Shown in pieces: positions 10,056 to 19,816 of a stretch of DNA of 64,000 nucleotides. Source of the DNA: Ostreococcus lucimarinus (Eukaryota); assembly GCA_000092065.1 (NCBI GenBank), contig CP000593.1, one strand, 5' to 3'. Positions within the stretch are counted from its first letter, which is position 1. Every line of letters starts with the position of its first letter. The position numbers and the translations under genes were made by a program. The notes under the pieces were generated by a model. The model was not told where the DNA came from. It saw only the letters and a list, made by a program, of their open reading frames with translations, and ran no database searches.

Positions 10056-12821
10056 ATGGGCAAGAAACGAAACGAATCGCGCGACGAACGCGTCGATGAC
10101 GACGCCGACCACGACGCGTGGCTGCGCGACGACGAGTCGTGGCGGTCGTTAAGCGTGAACACCAACGCGCTCATGCTCGGGGCGCAAGAAGAAGGATTCA
10201 TGAGTTTGGAAGTTTTGGACCCGTCGGCGGCGAGCGACTACGCGAAGACAAACGCGTCAAACGGCGACGCAAAGGGAACGACGAAGAAAGGTGAAACGAA
10301 AGCGAAAGCGTCAATGAAGAGCGATGGTGATCGAGCGAAGGCCAAAGCGGGGAAGAAGAAGGCTTCGAAGAAGTCGAATGAGAATTCGACGACGACGGCG
10401 GTGCCGAGCGCGTTAGCGGCGCTGGACGAAGCCGCTCTGGAGGGCTTGTCGGGGAAGGAGGCGCGAATTATGAAGAGAAAACTGCGCTGGAAGGCAAAGA
10501 TCGAGGCGAAGAAAATAGCGAAGAAGAGTGGTGCGGTGGCGGTACCGGCGGCGAAGAAGAACAGTGGTGACGGCGTTGCCATCGTGGACGACGCGCCGAC
10601 AACGTCTGGCGCGACTCAAGCTAAGAAGAAGAAGGACACGAAAGTCACAGAGAAGAAAGAAAACAGAAAGACTTTAGTGAAACCGGATGAAGAGCTCGTT
10701 GCGGATGCAGCATTGGACGTGGAAGAGGATTGGGAAAAGATTACACACAAAAAGGTGGCGGCGAAAGATGCGCCGATGAATAAGGCGTCGACGGCGAGTG
10801 GTTTCGATTACAACAAGCACCCGACATCAGGAATGAGTGCTGTCGTCGATGGCGTGGATTTAGATCGTGGTTGCGACGTGAGTGCATGGTTTGAGTTTGA
10901 TTTACACCCGCTCATCATGCGCGCGATTCAAGATTGCGGTTTTACCACGCCAACGCCTATTCAGCGCGAGTGCTTGCTACCGGCGACAAAGGGTCGATGC
11001 GATATCATCGGTGCGGCGCAAACGGGGAGTGGGAAAACTTTAGCGTTTGCGTTGCCTATTTTGCAACGCTTACTTTCCCAAGGTATCGGTTTACCCGAAG
11101 GATACGCGACGAAAGAGGAAGAAGATTCAGAGCAATTGCCAGACGTGCTTCGAGCACTCATCGTCGCGCCCACGCGCGAATTAGCGCTCCAAGTCTGCGC
11201 CATGATGCGCGCAGTCGCGGTGTACACGAAAATTGACGTATGTCCTGTCGTTGGTGGGATGTCGAAGGAAAAGCAAGAACGACTTTTGAATAGGAAACCG
11301 GCAGTCATCGTCGCCACGCCTGGGCGGATGTGGGACACAATGCAAAGCGGCCACGAGCACTTGACCGAACTCAGCGCGCTTTCGTTTTTCGTCCTCGACG
11401 AAGCCGATCGTATGGTGGAGCGAGGTCATTTTAGCGAGCTCACGAGCATCATTCAGAACATCCCGCAGCCGCCGCGCATCAAGCGTCCGGGCGGCGCCGC
11501 AAAGCTCACTAGCGTAGAACGCGAGGCTGCGGGGGCGACGGATGCGTTCGCTGAGGACACGGAAGAGGATGATAAACAGAAAGTGTTAGCCCTGCGCCCA
11601 AAGCAGATGCTTGATCGACAAACATTCGTCTTCAGCGCTACGCTCACGGTTCCGGATTCTGTGCGCAGAAAGTTGAAAAAAGGTAAGGCGTGGACGTCGA
11701 AACGTCCGGCATCCATGAGCGGAAAGCCGCAGAGCGGTTCTTTAGAATCACTCATGGAGGCTGTTCCGTTTTACGGGCGTGTGAAAATGGTCGATCTGAC
11801 CACAAAAGAGCGTAAAGGGGGTGCCGTGGCGAAATCAATCGCGGAAAGTGCGCTGGAGTGCACCGAGGACGATCGCGACTCGCTGTTGTACTATCTCCTC
11901 TCGGCGCATCCCGGGATGACCATCGTCTTCGTCAACGCTATTTCATGCTTGCGTCGGGTCGTGGCGCTTTTGAAGATTCTTCGCGTGCCCGTGGAAGGGC
12001 TTCACGCGGGTATGCAACAGCGTGCTCGTTTGAAGGCGCTCGATCGATTCAAAGCCGCTGCGGCGGCGGCGGACAAGGGCGATCGCCACGCGCACTCGGT
12101 GCTCGTAGCCACCGACGTCGCCGCACGAGGTCTCGACGTCAAGGGCGTGGAACTGGTCATTCATTACCAAATCCCACTCAGTGCGGACACGTATATTCAT
12201 CGAAGCGGCCGCACTGGGCGCGCGGATAAGTTGGGCGCGGCGGTTTCCTTGGTGACGCCGAAGGATCGCGCGCGATATTACTCGCTGTTGAAGTCTCTCA
12301 ACCGCGACGGACCATTAGACCCGTTCCCGATCGCGGAAGAGACTTTGACCGCCGCGAGCAGACGTTTAGCCGTGACGCGTAAGATCGACAAGCTGTCGCA
12401 CGCGAAGAAGAAGGCCAAGGCGGACAAGGAGTGGCGCAAGACGAACGCCGAGGAGCTCGGCATCATTCTCAGCGAATCCGAGTCCGACGAAGATTTACAA
12501 GAGTACCAAGAAGACCAAAGCGCCAAGAGCACGGCTGCGGCAAACGAGCGCAAGCTTCGCGCTGAACTCGATGCCATGATCGCCATCCCGCTCGGCTCTC
12601 ATCGTCACTCCTTGATCGGAAGCGCGAAATTCCCCAGTCGCGGCGGCGGCGACGCGTTGCTCAAAGCCAAGCGCGCGCGCGCTCGAGACGAATCCAACGT
12701 CTCCGCCGTCGCCATGCTCAACGGCGACAAATCCTCAAAATCTCAGCCTTTACCCGCCGCAATCACCGGCGCCATCGCCGGCGGCGCTCGCGGCAAGCGT
12801 CGCAAGACCAAGAAAATGTAG
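10056..12821 (+). CDS. DEAD-box ATP-dependent RNA helicase, DDX24/MAK5-like
   Basis: Q-motif/motif I (TPIQRECLLPATKGRCDIIGAAQTGSGKT), motif Ia (APTRELALQV), motif II (VLDEADRM), motif III (SAT) and motif VI (HRSGRTGRA). The lysine-rich N-terminus and the long insert between DEAD and SAT are typical of DDX24/Mak5. Confidence 0.85.
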   Translation: MGKKRNESRDERVDDDADHDAWLRDDESWRSLSVNTNALMLGAQEEGFMSLEVLDPSAASDYAKTNASNGDAKGTTKKGETKAKASMKSDGDRAKAKAGKKKASKKSNENSTTTAVPSALAALDEAALEGLSGKEARIMKRKLRWKAKIEAKKIAKKSGAVAVPAAKKNSGDGVAIVDDAPTTSGATQAKKKKDTKVTEKKENRKTLVKPDEELVADAALDVEEDWEKITHKKVAAKDAPMNKASTASGFDYNKHPTSGMSAVVDGVDLDRGCDVSAWFEFDLHPLIMRAIQDCGFTTPTPIQRECLLPATKGRCDIIGAAQTGSGKTLAFALPILQRLLSQGIGLPEGYATKEEEDSEQLPDVLRALIVAPTRELALQVCAMMRAVAVYTKIDVCPVVGGMSKEKQERLLNRKPAVIVATPGRMWDTMQSGHEHLTELSALSFFVLDEADRMVERGHFSELTSIIQNIPQPPRIKRPGGAAKLTSVEREAAGATDAFAEDTEEDDKQKVLALRPKQMLDRQTFVFSATLTVPDSVRRKLKKGKAWTSKRPASMSGKPQSGSLESLMEAVPFYGRVKMVDLTTKERKGGAVAKSIAESALECTEDDRDSLLYYLLSAHPGMTIVFVNAISCLRRVVALLKILRVPVEGLHAGMQQRARLKALDRFKAAAAAADKGDRHAHSVLVATDVAARGLDVKGVELVIHYQIPLSADTYIHRSGRTGRADKLGAAVSLVTPKDRARYYSLLKSLNRDGPLDPFPIAEETLTAASRRLAVTRKIDKLSHAKKKAKADKEWRKTNAEELGIILSESESDEDLQEYQEDQSAKSTAAANERKLRAELDAMIAIPLGSHRHSLIGSAKFPSRGGGDALLKAKRARARDESNVSAVAMLNGDKSSKSQPLPAAITGAIAGGARGKRRKTKKM

Positions 12822-12916
12822 ACTTCGCCGCGATTCGCGCTCTCATCAATGCACGCGTCGCCGTCATCTCATCGCCTCGCGCGCGTCACACCTCGCCGCG
12901 TCTCGCGCCCGACCGC

Positions 12917-13565
12917 ATGCCGTCGCGATCGATCGACGATTTCTGCCACCTCCCGCGCGACCTCGCGCCCGGGTCGATCGGCGCCGACGTGCACTGCCTG
13001 CAAAGACTCCTCGTCCGGGAAAAGTTTTTGAAACGCGGCGCCCGAGCCGATGGACGATACGATGCGAACACGCGCGACGCCGTCAAGGCGTGGGCGACGG
13101 CGAACAAGTGGGCGAACGTCAGTGGCGGCGTAGACTCCGCGATGCGGCGCGCGTACGGCGAGGTGCGTGATGGACGCGGACCGATGACGAACGACCGACC
13201 GACCGACCAGTTGGACCGAAGACTGACGAGACGACGGACGCGCGCGCGCGAGATAGGCGAACGATTACGCGACGACGTCGAGCGGACGGTTGGTGAACGA
13301 TTGCGCGAATGGGAAAAATGTCGATGGGTTGGCGTGCGTGGACGTGTGCGTGGAACACGGGGAGACGACGCAGTATTGTCAGACGAAGTGCGCGACGCGA
13401 GACGACGATAAAAAGTTTGCGTGCAGAGCGGCGTGTCAGGACGCGTTCGCGGGTGCGTGCGATCGTGCGTTTCCACCGACGAGCGAAGAAAATCGGGTGA
13501 AGTTTGAGGGGTGCTTAGAAAACATGGCGGCGGAGTGCGCGCGCTCGTGCAAGCGATGGAAGTGA
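12917..13565 (+). CDS. Small cysteine-rich protein with a peptidoglycan-binding-like (PF01471-type) domain; predicted exons 12917..13162 and 13257..13565 joined by a 94-nt intron
   Basis: Exon 1 carries GSIGADVHCLQRLLVREKFL...DGRYDANTRDAVKAWATANKW, which fits the PG_binding_1 pattern. The GTGCGT donor at 13163 lies in phase 0, and the ATAG acceptor ends at 13256. A CTGAC branch point lies about 22 nt upstream of the acceptor. Exon 2, in the other frame, adds a C-terminus rich in cysteine (VNDCANGKNVDGLACVDVC...CKRWK). Confidence 0.45.
13163..13256 (+). other. Predicted short spliceosomal intron (94 nt) containing a (GACC)4 microsatellite
   Basis: Donor AG|GTGCGT, CTGAC branch motif and TAG acceptor. 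It joins two ORFs in different frames into one plausible protein. Confidence 0.4.
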
Positions 13566-13727
13566 TGAAATCGTCGAGTCAAACGTGTAAATCGCGCGGC
13601 GTAGCCGGCTCTGGATTAACATTTTCACAACAAACTCGGTCGGCGTCGTCTCCCTAACGGCATCCTAACGGCTCATTCCTCGAGATTAATCGAGTTTCCT
13701 AGTCGCTCGTACAATTTCTAAATCTCG

Positions 13728-14090
13728 TCAGTCGTCGAACGCGCGCGCGGTCCGACGCGCGAGGCGCACCTTTTTCAACTCCTCCATGCCTTCTCGCAAC
13801 ACCTTCCTCTCCCCCTTCAGCGCCTCCAACGCCGCGCGCTCGCGCGTCAGCATCGCCTCAACCTTCGCCTCCGCCTGTTCGTTGTCCATCTTCACGAAGC
13901 ACTCCCCCATGAGCACGCACGCGTCGTCCTCGTCGTTGACCGCGAGCTCGGTCGAGGCTTCGTCCAAGTCATCGATCTGCTTCTCTTTGTGTTTAATCTC
14001 CGAGTTTATCTCGTGCGCGCGCGCGTTCATGCGCGAGAAGGCGCATATGCGCTGTTGGTCCTCCCACGTCACCTCCTTCGCGGCGCTCAT
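13728..14090 (-). CDS. PFDN4: Prefoldin subunit 4
   Basis: MSAAKEVTWEDQQRICAFSRMNARAHEINSEIK matches the PFD4 N-terminus (VTFEDQQKINKF...). The rest is the coiled-coil beta-prefoldin. Start set at the Met of MSAAKEV (ATG 14090..14088); the ORF extends upstream but has no homology there. Confidence 0.8.
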   Translation of the reverse strand: MSAAKEVTWEDQQRICAFSRMNARAHEINSEIKHKEKQIDDLDEASTELAVNDEDDACVLMGECFVKMDNEQAEAKVEAMLTRERAALEALKGERKVLREGMEELKKVRLARRTARAFDD

Positions 14091-14522
14091 GGGCGCGGCG
14101 AGGCGTCGTCTGGCGCCCGCGCGATGGTTGGCGCGAATGACCCGGGCGCGCGCGCAGCGCAAATCCAAGAGCGATCGGCGTAAAAAAAGTAACGCATCTT
14201 CAAGTCCACCTGGAGCGACGCACGCGTGAGTCACGGAGTTCACGACGCGGACGCGCGGCACGCACCTCCTTAACCACTCGGACACAGTGACCGCGTCGCG
14301 CGAACGTCACCGACGAGATTTGAACTCGCGCACGCATAGCGTAGTGGATATCTTTAATACGAAAGAATACTGCATAAATGCACATGTCGGCTTCAGTGCG
14401 TTCGCGCGATGCGATTTCGTTGATGTTACAGGTTGAATACGAAACCACGCGCGGGGCGTCGGACGATGCTCGACGAGAGCGCGGGGAGGCGTCGCGAGGG
14501 CGAACGCGAAAAGGGAGAAGCG

Positions 14523-16853
14523 TTACAATTTCGCGCCGCACTCGTAACAAAACTTGAGCGCGACGGCGCCTACGGGATGGTTGAGCGCGCACGCGCACGC
14601 GGGACACGAAATAGACGATGATTTTGCGACGTGGTTTTCCTTGAGCGGATCTCGCGCGTCGGCGGCGACGGCGTCGAACGCGAGCGCCTGGTGACGTTGC
14701 GACTGTTGCGCCGCCGCCGCCGCGCGCGGACGCGCGATGGCGTCGCGCTCGATGATCGAGGACGATGTCGTCGTCGCCGTCGAAGGTTTGCGTATACCGA
14801 GCGCCAAGAAAGTCTTCTCCCTGCGTTCTTCGATCTGTCGCTTGCGTTCGGCGCGACGCTGCGCTCTCGCGTCCTCATCCGTTTCGCTGATGAGCTGACG
14901 GAACGACTTCTCACGCGCCTCGGCGTCTTCGACGACGTTCGATCGACCTATTCTCGGTAGAATGGTCGCCGCCGCGGCGTTTTGATCGAATTGCGACATC
15001 GCGACGTCGATTGATTTCGAAAACGTCTCGATGAGGAACCCTTCGACGAGGGCGTCTTGTTCGCCAACACGACGAGACGTCGGATTTGACACGCTGGATT
15101 CGTTCACGTCCATCAATCTATCCGCGATATCGTCGAATCGTAGCGCGTACGCGTGCGAGGCGGCGGTATTCGTAGCCTTCGTCGCGCCGGGATCGACGCG
15201 AATGCCGACGCGCGTCGCTTCGCCGCCGCGATCCCATCGCCGCGCATACGCGGCGTACGCATCGCCTTCGCTCGATCTGGTCCCACGCGACGCCGCAGCG
15301 ACGGCGGAAAAGATTTGCGAGCTCTTCACGGCACCGATCTCGGGCGAGATCGCTTCGTCGAGCGGTACCAAATTCGGTTCGGCGTCTTTGTACACGTCTT
15401 CGTTCACGTCTTCGACGACGTCTGCGTCTTCCACGATATCCTTGAGCTTGACGCTCTGTCGAGCGCTGAGTAAACCGAGCGCGTGATCCGCTTCGTCTAA
15501 TGCGTTTTGACGTGCGAGTGTGCTCATGTTGTCCATCGCGACGTTGACTTTGTTCAACCCACTCGCGCCCGCGCTCGCGGAGAGACGCCGCAACAATTCG
15601 GGCACCGTCGCGAACGCACGAAGATGAAACTCTAACCCATCGGCACCGCGGCGCACGGGATAGAGCAGCATCGGCGTAGCGTCGAGTTGTCCGTCGCTCG
15701 ACACGTCGCGGTACTGACGCCGCGCCGCCGTGCCGCTCATCCATTGAGTCTTCACTACCATCGCCGGGACGTCGCCTGGCGTCGGCGCGTCCGCGAACGC
15801 CGCGCTCCACGACGAAAACAACGCCTCGCGCACGTCTCGCGACTCCGGGACGTCGTCCATGCGCACGCACAGAGATAACGTCGAGCTCAAGTACACGCTC
15901 GGGATGTCGCGCGCGCGCACAATTTCCACCACGCGCAACGCGCTCGCTCTAGGCGGCGCGGGCGCGGGCGGTCTCGGCGCCGAGCTCGTCGTCGCCGTCG
16001 CATCCATCGTCTCCTCCTCCCCATCATCCGCGCTCGCTCGCGGCTGCAAACGCGTCGCGCGTAACCCGTGAATTTCTACCCTATCTTTCCCGCTCGACGA
16101 CGCGAACGCCAACGTTCCTCGCCACCGCTCGCCCAAATCCACCGTCTCGTCGTCGCCGACGTTTGAAATCGACGCCCCCGCGGCGTCCGCCACCGCTCGC
16201 GCCATCTCCGACCCCCCCCCCTCGCCGCACAGCACCACGCGACACCGCGCGAACGTCCCGAAGCACGCCTTCGCGCGTCGAAACACGCCGTACGCCGCGA
16301 CCATTCCCGTCGTCCACGCCGCGCCGCGTTTAAAATCGCCGACAGCCGCCGCGTTCGGCGCGAACCAAATCACATCCACCCACACCCCTCGCTCGCGATT
16401 CGCTCGCTCCATCGCCCCGCACGCGCTCGCCGCCGCCTCCTCCGCGCTCGCGCCGCGTCCGCCTTCGCCGTTTTCCCGCGACAATTCAATCCTCGCGTCT
16501 CGCAGCGTCTCCCGCAGCGTCTCCGCGTCGACCCCCGTCGTCGTCTCGCTTTCCCGCCCATCGCTCGCGAGCGCGCGCGCGATCCCGGTCCCCCACGCGC
16601 GCGCGACGTATCGCGCTCCCCTCGACGCCGCGCCGAGGCCGTTCGCGCGCAGCGCGTCGTCGTCGTCGTCGTTCGCGCGCGTCGTCCGCGTCGCGCACCC
16701 ATCGTCGTCGTCATCTTCCCCGTCCCGCATCGCGCGTTCGCACGCCGCGACGCCGTCGAGCGCGTCGATCGCGTCCGCGCACCACCGCGCGCTCGCGGCG
16801 CGCGCGTCGAGGTCGCTCGCGGCGTCGCCGACGAGCGCGACGACCAAACGCAT
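14523..16853 (-). CDS. Hypothetical 776-aa protein with a possible vWA/Rossmann-like N-terminal region and a C-terminal C4 zinc ribbon
   Basis: Long ORF with non-repetitive composition. The N-terminus [15 protein letters not shown]...[10 protein letters not shown] is Rossmann-like. The C-terminus has a CPACAC...(16 residues)...CYEC zinc ribbon. I cannot name a family. Confidence 0.5.
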   Translation of the reverse strand: MRLVVALVGDAASDLDARAASARWCADAIDALDGVAACERAMRDGEDDDDDGCATRTTRANDDDDDALRANGLGAASRGARYVARAWGTGIARALASDGRESETTTGVDAETLRETLRDARIELSRENGEGGRGASAEEAAASACGAMERANRERGVWVDVIWFAPNAAAVGDFKRGAAWTTGMVAAYGVFRRAKACFGTFARCRVVLCGEGGGSEMARAVADAAGASISNVGDDETVDLGERWRGTLAFASSSGKDRVEIHGLRATRLQPRASADDGEEETMDATATTSSAPRPPAPAPPRASALRVVEIVRARDIPSVYLSSTLSLCVRMDDVPESRDVREALFSSWSAAFADAPTPGDVPAMVVKTQWMSGTAARRQYRDVSSDGQLDATPMLLYPVRRGADGLEFHLRAFATVPELLRRLSASAGASGLNKVNVAMDNMSTLARQNALDEADHALGLLSARQSVKLKDIVEDADVVEDVNEDVYKDAEPNLVPLDEAISPEIGAVKSSQIFSAVAAASRGTRSSEGDAYAAYARRWDRGGEATRVGIRVDPGATKATNTAASHAYALRFDDIADRLMDVNESSVSNPTSRRVGEQDALVEGFLIETFSKSIDVAMSQFDQNAAAATILPRIGRSNVVEDAEAREKSFRQLISETDEDARAQRRAERKRQIEERREKTFLALGIRKPSTATTTSSSIIERDAIARPRAAAAAQQSQRHQALAFDAVAADARDPLKENHVAKSSSISCPACACALNHPVGAVALKFCYECGAKL

Positions 16854-16922
16854 CGCGGCGCGGCGACGAATGAAGTCGAAAATTCGTCACAACGCCGCGT
16901 CGCGCGGTGCGGCGCGCGCGCG
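16854..16922. promoter_or_regulatory. 69-bp divergent intergenic region between the 776-aa hypothetical gene and the bZIP gene
   Basis: Follows from the two start-codon positions. Confidence 0.4.
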
Positions 16923-17390
16923 ATGTCGCCGCGCTCGAGCGCGATGACGCCGACGCCCGGTAAGCACCGACGGTCGCTGAGCACGCCCGTGGACGTGCTG
17001 GCGTCGAGCGCGCTGCAACGGGCGCTCGATCGCGCGCGGGACCGACACGGCGGCGACGACGCGCCGAGCCGAAGCGATTCGCTGTTCGGGGACGAGGACG
17101 CGATGGCGCACGCGATGGCGATCGATTTGGACGACGCGCCGCTGGACGTGCGAGAGCTGGCGATGCAGGATCCGAAGCGAGCGAAGAGGATTTTGGCCAA
17201 CCGCCTGAGCGCGGCGCGGAGCAAGGAGCGAAAGACGCGATACGTCAAGGGGTTGGAAAAGAAACTGAACGAGCTGGAGGAGTGCGAGAGGACGTTGATT
17301 TTGGAGAGAGAAAGAATGGCGACGGCGGTGGCGACGCTGGCGGCGGAGAATAGCGCGTTGCAGATGATGATGGGGACGCCGGCGCGGTGA
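16923..17390 (+). CDS. Plant-type bZIP transcription factor
   Basis: Basic region [20 protein letters not shown] (the plant N-x7-R signature [16 protein letters not shown]), followed by a heptad leucine zipper ([36 protein letters not shown]). Confidence 0.8.
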   Translation: MSPRSSAMTPTPGKHRRSLSTPVDVLASSALQRALDRARDRHGGDDAPSRSDSLFGDEDAMAHAMAIDLDDAPLDVRELAMQDPKRAKRILANRLSAARSKERKTRYVKGLEKKLNELEECERTLILERERMATAVATLAAENSALQMMMGTPAR

Positions 17391-17526
17391 GACAATCGGA
17401 GGGGAACGTCGAGACGAGGGGAATTTCGATGAAGAAATGTAATTTTACTGCAAGTGTACCGTACTGGACGACGCGCGTAAGAGCTAAGATGCGTTCTAAG
17501 CGCTCGCGGCGAGAGCGTGCGCGCGA

Positions 17527-18459
17527 TCATCCAAAGTGGCTAAAAAATTCGTAATCTGGGTGCACCGTCTTGCGCATGCGAAGCCAGGTGTAGGCGCCGT
17601 CCATGAGCTTGTTCATCCAGTCAGTGACGTCGTCGTTCGCGGCCCAGACGTCGCCTTGCATTTTGTACATCGATAATCCGAACGGGCGAAGGATGTGTGC
17701 GTGCGGTGCGGCGGTCGATCCGCCGCCCGCGCCCGCGTCGTCCGACGCAGACGCCCGCTCCTTCGCTCGCGCGGCGCGCAGCGCGAGCAAATCTTCCGAT
17801 AACATCGTCATCTCCGGCGGCAACGGACACGCGATGTCACCATCGCACAATTCTCCCGCGTACAACGCGTGATAGGTCAAGAAACACCCCTGCACGTCGT
17901 GTAACATCGTCCCTTGCGGTATGCGATAAATCGGATACCACGCCACGCTCATCCAACTACTCGGCGCCAAGTCCGCGCTCGTCATCGTCCTCAACTCCGC
18001 CCGCTCATCTAGTATCAAATCAATTATCTCTCGAAACGGCGCTCTCGAGTACGGCGACGCCTTTTCAAAGAATTCATAAATCAATCTCGTCCCCGTTCCG
18101 ACTCGTCTTCGTCTCGCGCCGTCCTCGCCGTCCTCGCCGTCCTCGCCGTCCCCGCGCACGAACAACTGCATTCCGGACAAAAACGGCACGTAATACTGCG
18201 ACACGCACGGTTGGCCGTCTTGCAAGCGCAGCGGGACCTCGGCGCCGAACGCGCTCGGCTCGGTAAACGCGTCCCAAAGCTCGGATAAGGCGAAATCTCG
18301 ACTCGACTCGGCGCGCGACGAGAAAACGGGCGCGGACGACGCGACGAAGGCTTCGATGTTCGCCATCTCGTGCGTCGACGCGAGGTCGAGCGCGGGAGGC
18401 GCGCCGGCGTCGACGCGCGCGGCGGGCGTGCGCGGGACGTCCGCGTCGGGGGCGGACAT
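17527..18459 (-). CDS. DUF789 family protein (plant-lineage protein of unknown function)
   Basis: Has the SWMSVAWYPIYRIP signature and the C-terminal HPDYEFF motif typical of DUF789. Contains a short (GED)3 repeat. Confidence 0.7.
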   Translation of the reverse strand: MSAPDADVPRTPAARVDAGAPPALDLASTHEMANIEAFVASSAPVFSSRAESSRDFALSELWDAFTEPSAFGAEVPLRLQDGQPCVSQYYVPFLSGMQLFVRGDGEDGEDGEDGARRRRVGTGTRLIYEFFEKASPYSRAPFREIIDLILDERAELRTMTSADLAPSSWMSVAWYPIYRIPQGTMLHDVQGCFLTYHALYAGELCDGDIACPLPPEMTMLSEDLLALRAARAKERASASDDAGAGGGSTAAPHAHILRPFGLSMYKMQGDVWAANDDVTDWMNKLMDGAYTWLRMRKTVHPDYEFFSHFG

Positions 18460-18580
18460 CGCGACGCGAGGCGCGCACTGCGGCGCGGCGCGAGGCGACG
18501 ACGAGAGAAGACCGAGCGGAGCGTCGAGATCAAGTCGCGGTTCGCCGCGCGAGTGATAATTACACTGATGATAACATTCT

Positions 18581-19522
18581 TCACGAAGACGCGGCGGCGG
18601 TCGCGACGGCGGCGTTCGGGGCGAGGAGAAGCCTGACTTTGGCGTACGAGCTCGCCGCGCGCACGAGAAACGAGGCGACGCGCAAGAGTTTCGGTAATCC
18701 GCTCGTCACGCCTTCCCTGCGCTCTTCGCGCCCGGCCCAGATGCGAACCTCGCTGTGGGCGACGAGCAAGGCGAGATTTCCCGCGCTGCTCGCGCTCCGC
18801 GGCAGGGATACGCCCTTTCGTCGTAACAACGCGTTCGCCGCGCTCTGAATCCACGCGCGCGAGTACTCGTTCAACCGATCCCTCGCTCGGAACGAAAACC
18901 AAAACCTCGGCCCGCGTCGCGCCTCCTTGCTCCAAATTTTCGATTCGTACGTGTAATTCGCGTGACACACCCTGCACTGCGTCTCGCGCGCGCCGCGCGT
19001 TTGATAACTCACGCGCTGCCATCGTCGTAGGCACCTCTTGTGCACGTACGCCTGCGACCCCGCGCACGCGCACGGCTCGATCAGCGTCCCACACTCGGAC
19101 CCCGTGAAACAAAACCTGCACGTCCCCTCCGACGCCTTCTTCGCCGACGCGACGCTCGGCGACGTCTCCACCGCCGCCGTCGCCGTCGTCCCGCTCGTCG
19201 TCCCGCTCGTCGTCCCGCTCGCCGTCCCGCTCGCCGCGCTCGCCAGCTCCCTCGCGCTCGCGCTCCTCGACAGCCGTCCCATCGCCGCGCGTCCGCTCGG
19301 CGACATCCGACGCGCGTTTACCTCTTCCGCACCGCGCGCCGGCGTCGCGCTCGCATCGCTCGCGTCGCTCTCGTCGTCGTCGTCGTCCTCGCGCGCCTCC
19401 TCGTCGTCGCTCGAGCTCGTCTCCGCCTCGCTCGCGCTCGCGCGCGCGCGCGCCTCGGCCTCGTTCGCGCGTCGGTGCGCCTCGAGCAGGGCGAGCCCGG
19501 TGAGAATCACGGGCGAGCTCAT
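18581..19522 (-). CDS. RING-CH (MARCH-type, C4HC3) zinc-finger protein, a putative E3 ubiquitin ligase
   Basis: The RING-CH/RINGv domain reads CRFCFTGSECGTLIEPCACAGSQAYVHKRCLRRWQRV...CRVCHANY. Start chosen at MSSPVILTGL (ATG 19522..19520). The upstream part of the stop-to-stop ORF is an R-rich antisense artefact over the WOX gene. Confidence 0.7.
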   Translation of the reverse strand: MSSPVILTGLALLEAHRRANEAEARARASASEAETSSSDDEEAREDDDDDESDASDASATPARGAEEVNARRMSPSGRAAMGRLSRSASARELASAASGTASGTTSGTTSGTTATAAVETSPSVASAKKASEGTCRFCFTGSECGTLIEPCACAGSQAYVHKRCLRRWQRVSYQTRGARETQCRVCHANYTYESKIWSKEARRGPRFWFSFRARDRLNEYSRAWIQSAANALLRRKGVSLPRSASSAGNLALLVAHSEVRIWAGREERREGVTSGLPKLLRVASFLVRAASSYAKVRLLLAPNAAVATAAASS

Positions 19523-19816
19523 CGCCGACGCGCGCGGCGTCGCGCTCTGCCGCGCGCGTCCGCGTCGCCGCGAAACCGAAAGGTCGAGGCGAAGGGTCGT
19601 TGGCGTCGACCGCGCGCTTCGGCGCGTCGCGCGCGCGCGCGAGCGGCGCCGACCGCCGCGACGCGCGATCGATCGTCGGTTCGCGCGCGCGGGCGCGCGG
19701 CGGCGCGCGGCGCGCGGGCGCGGCGTCGACGATCGATCGCGACGGCTCGGGACACGGCGACGCGACGACGCGCGAGGACGACCGCGCGAGCGACGGCGCG
19801 CGCGAGGACGACGGCG

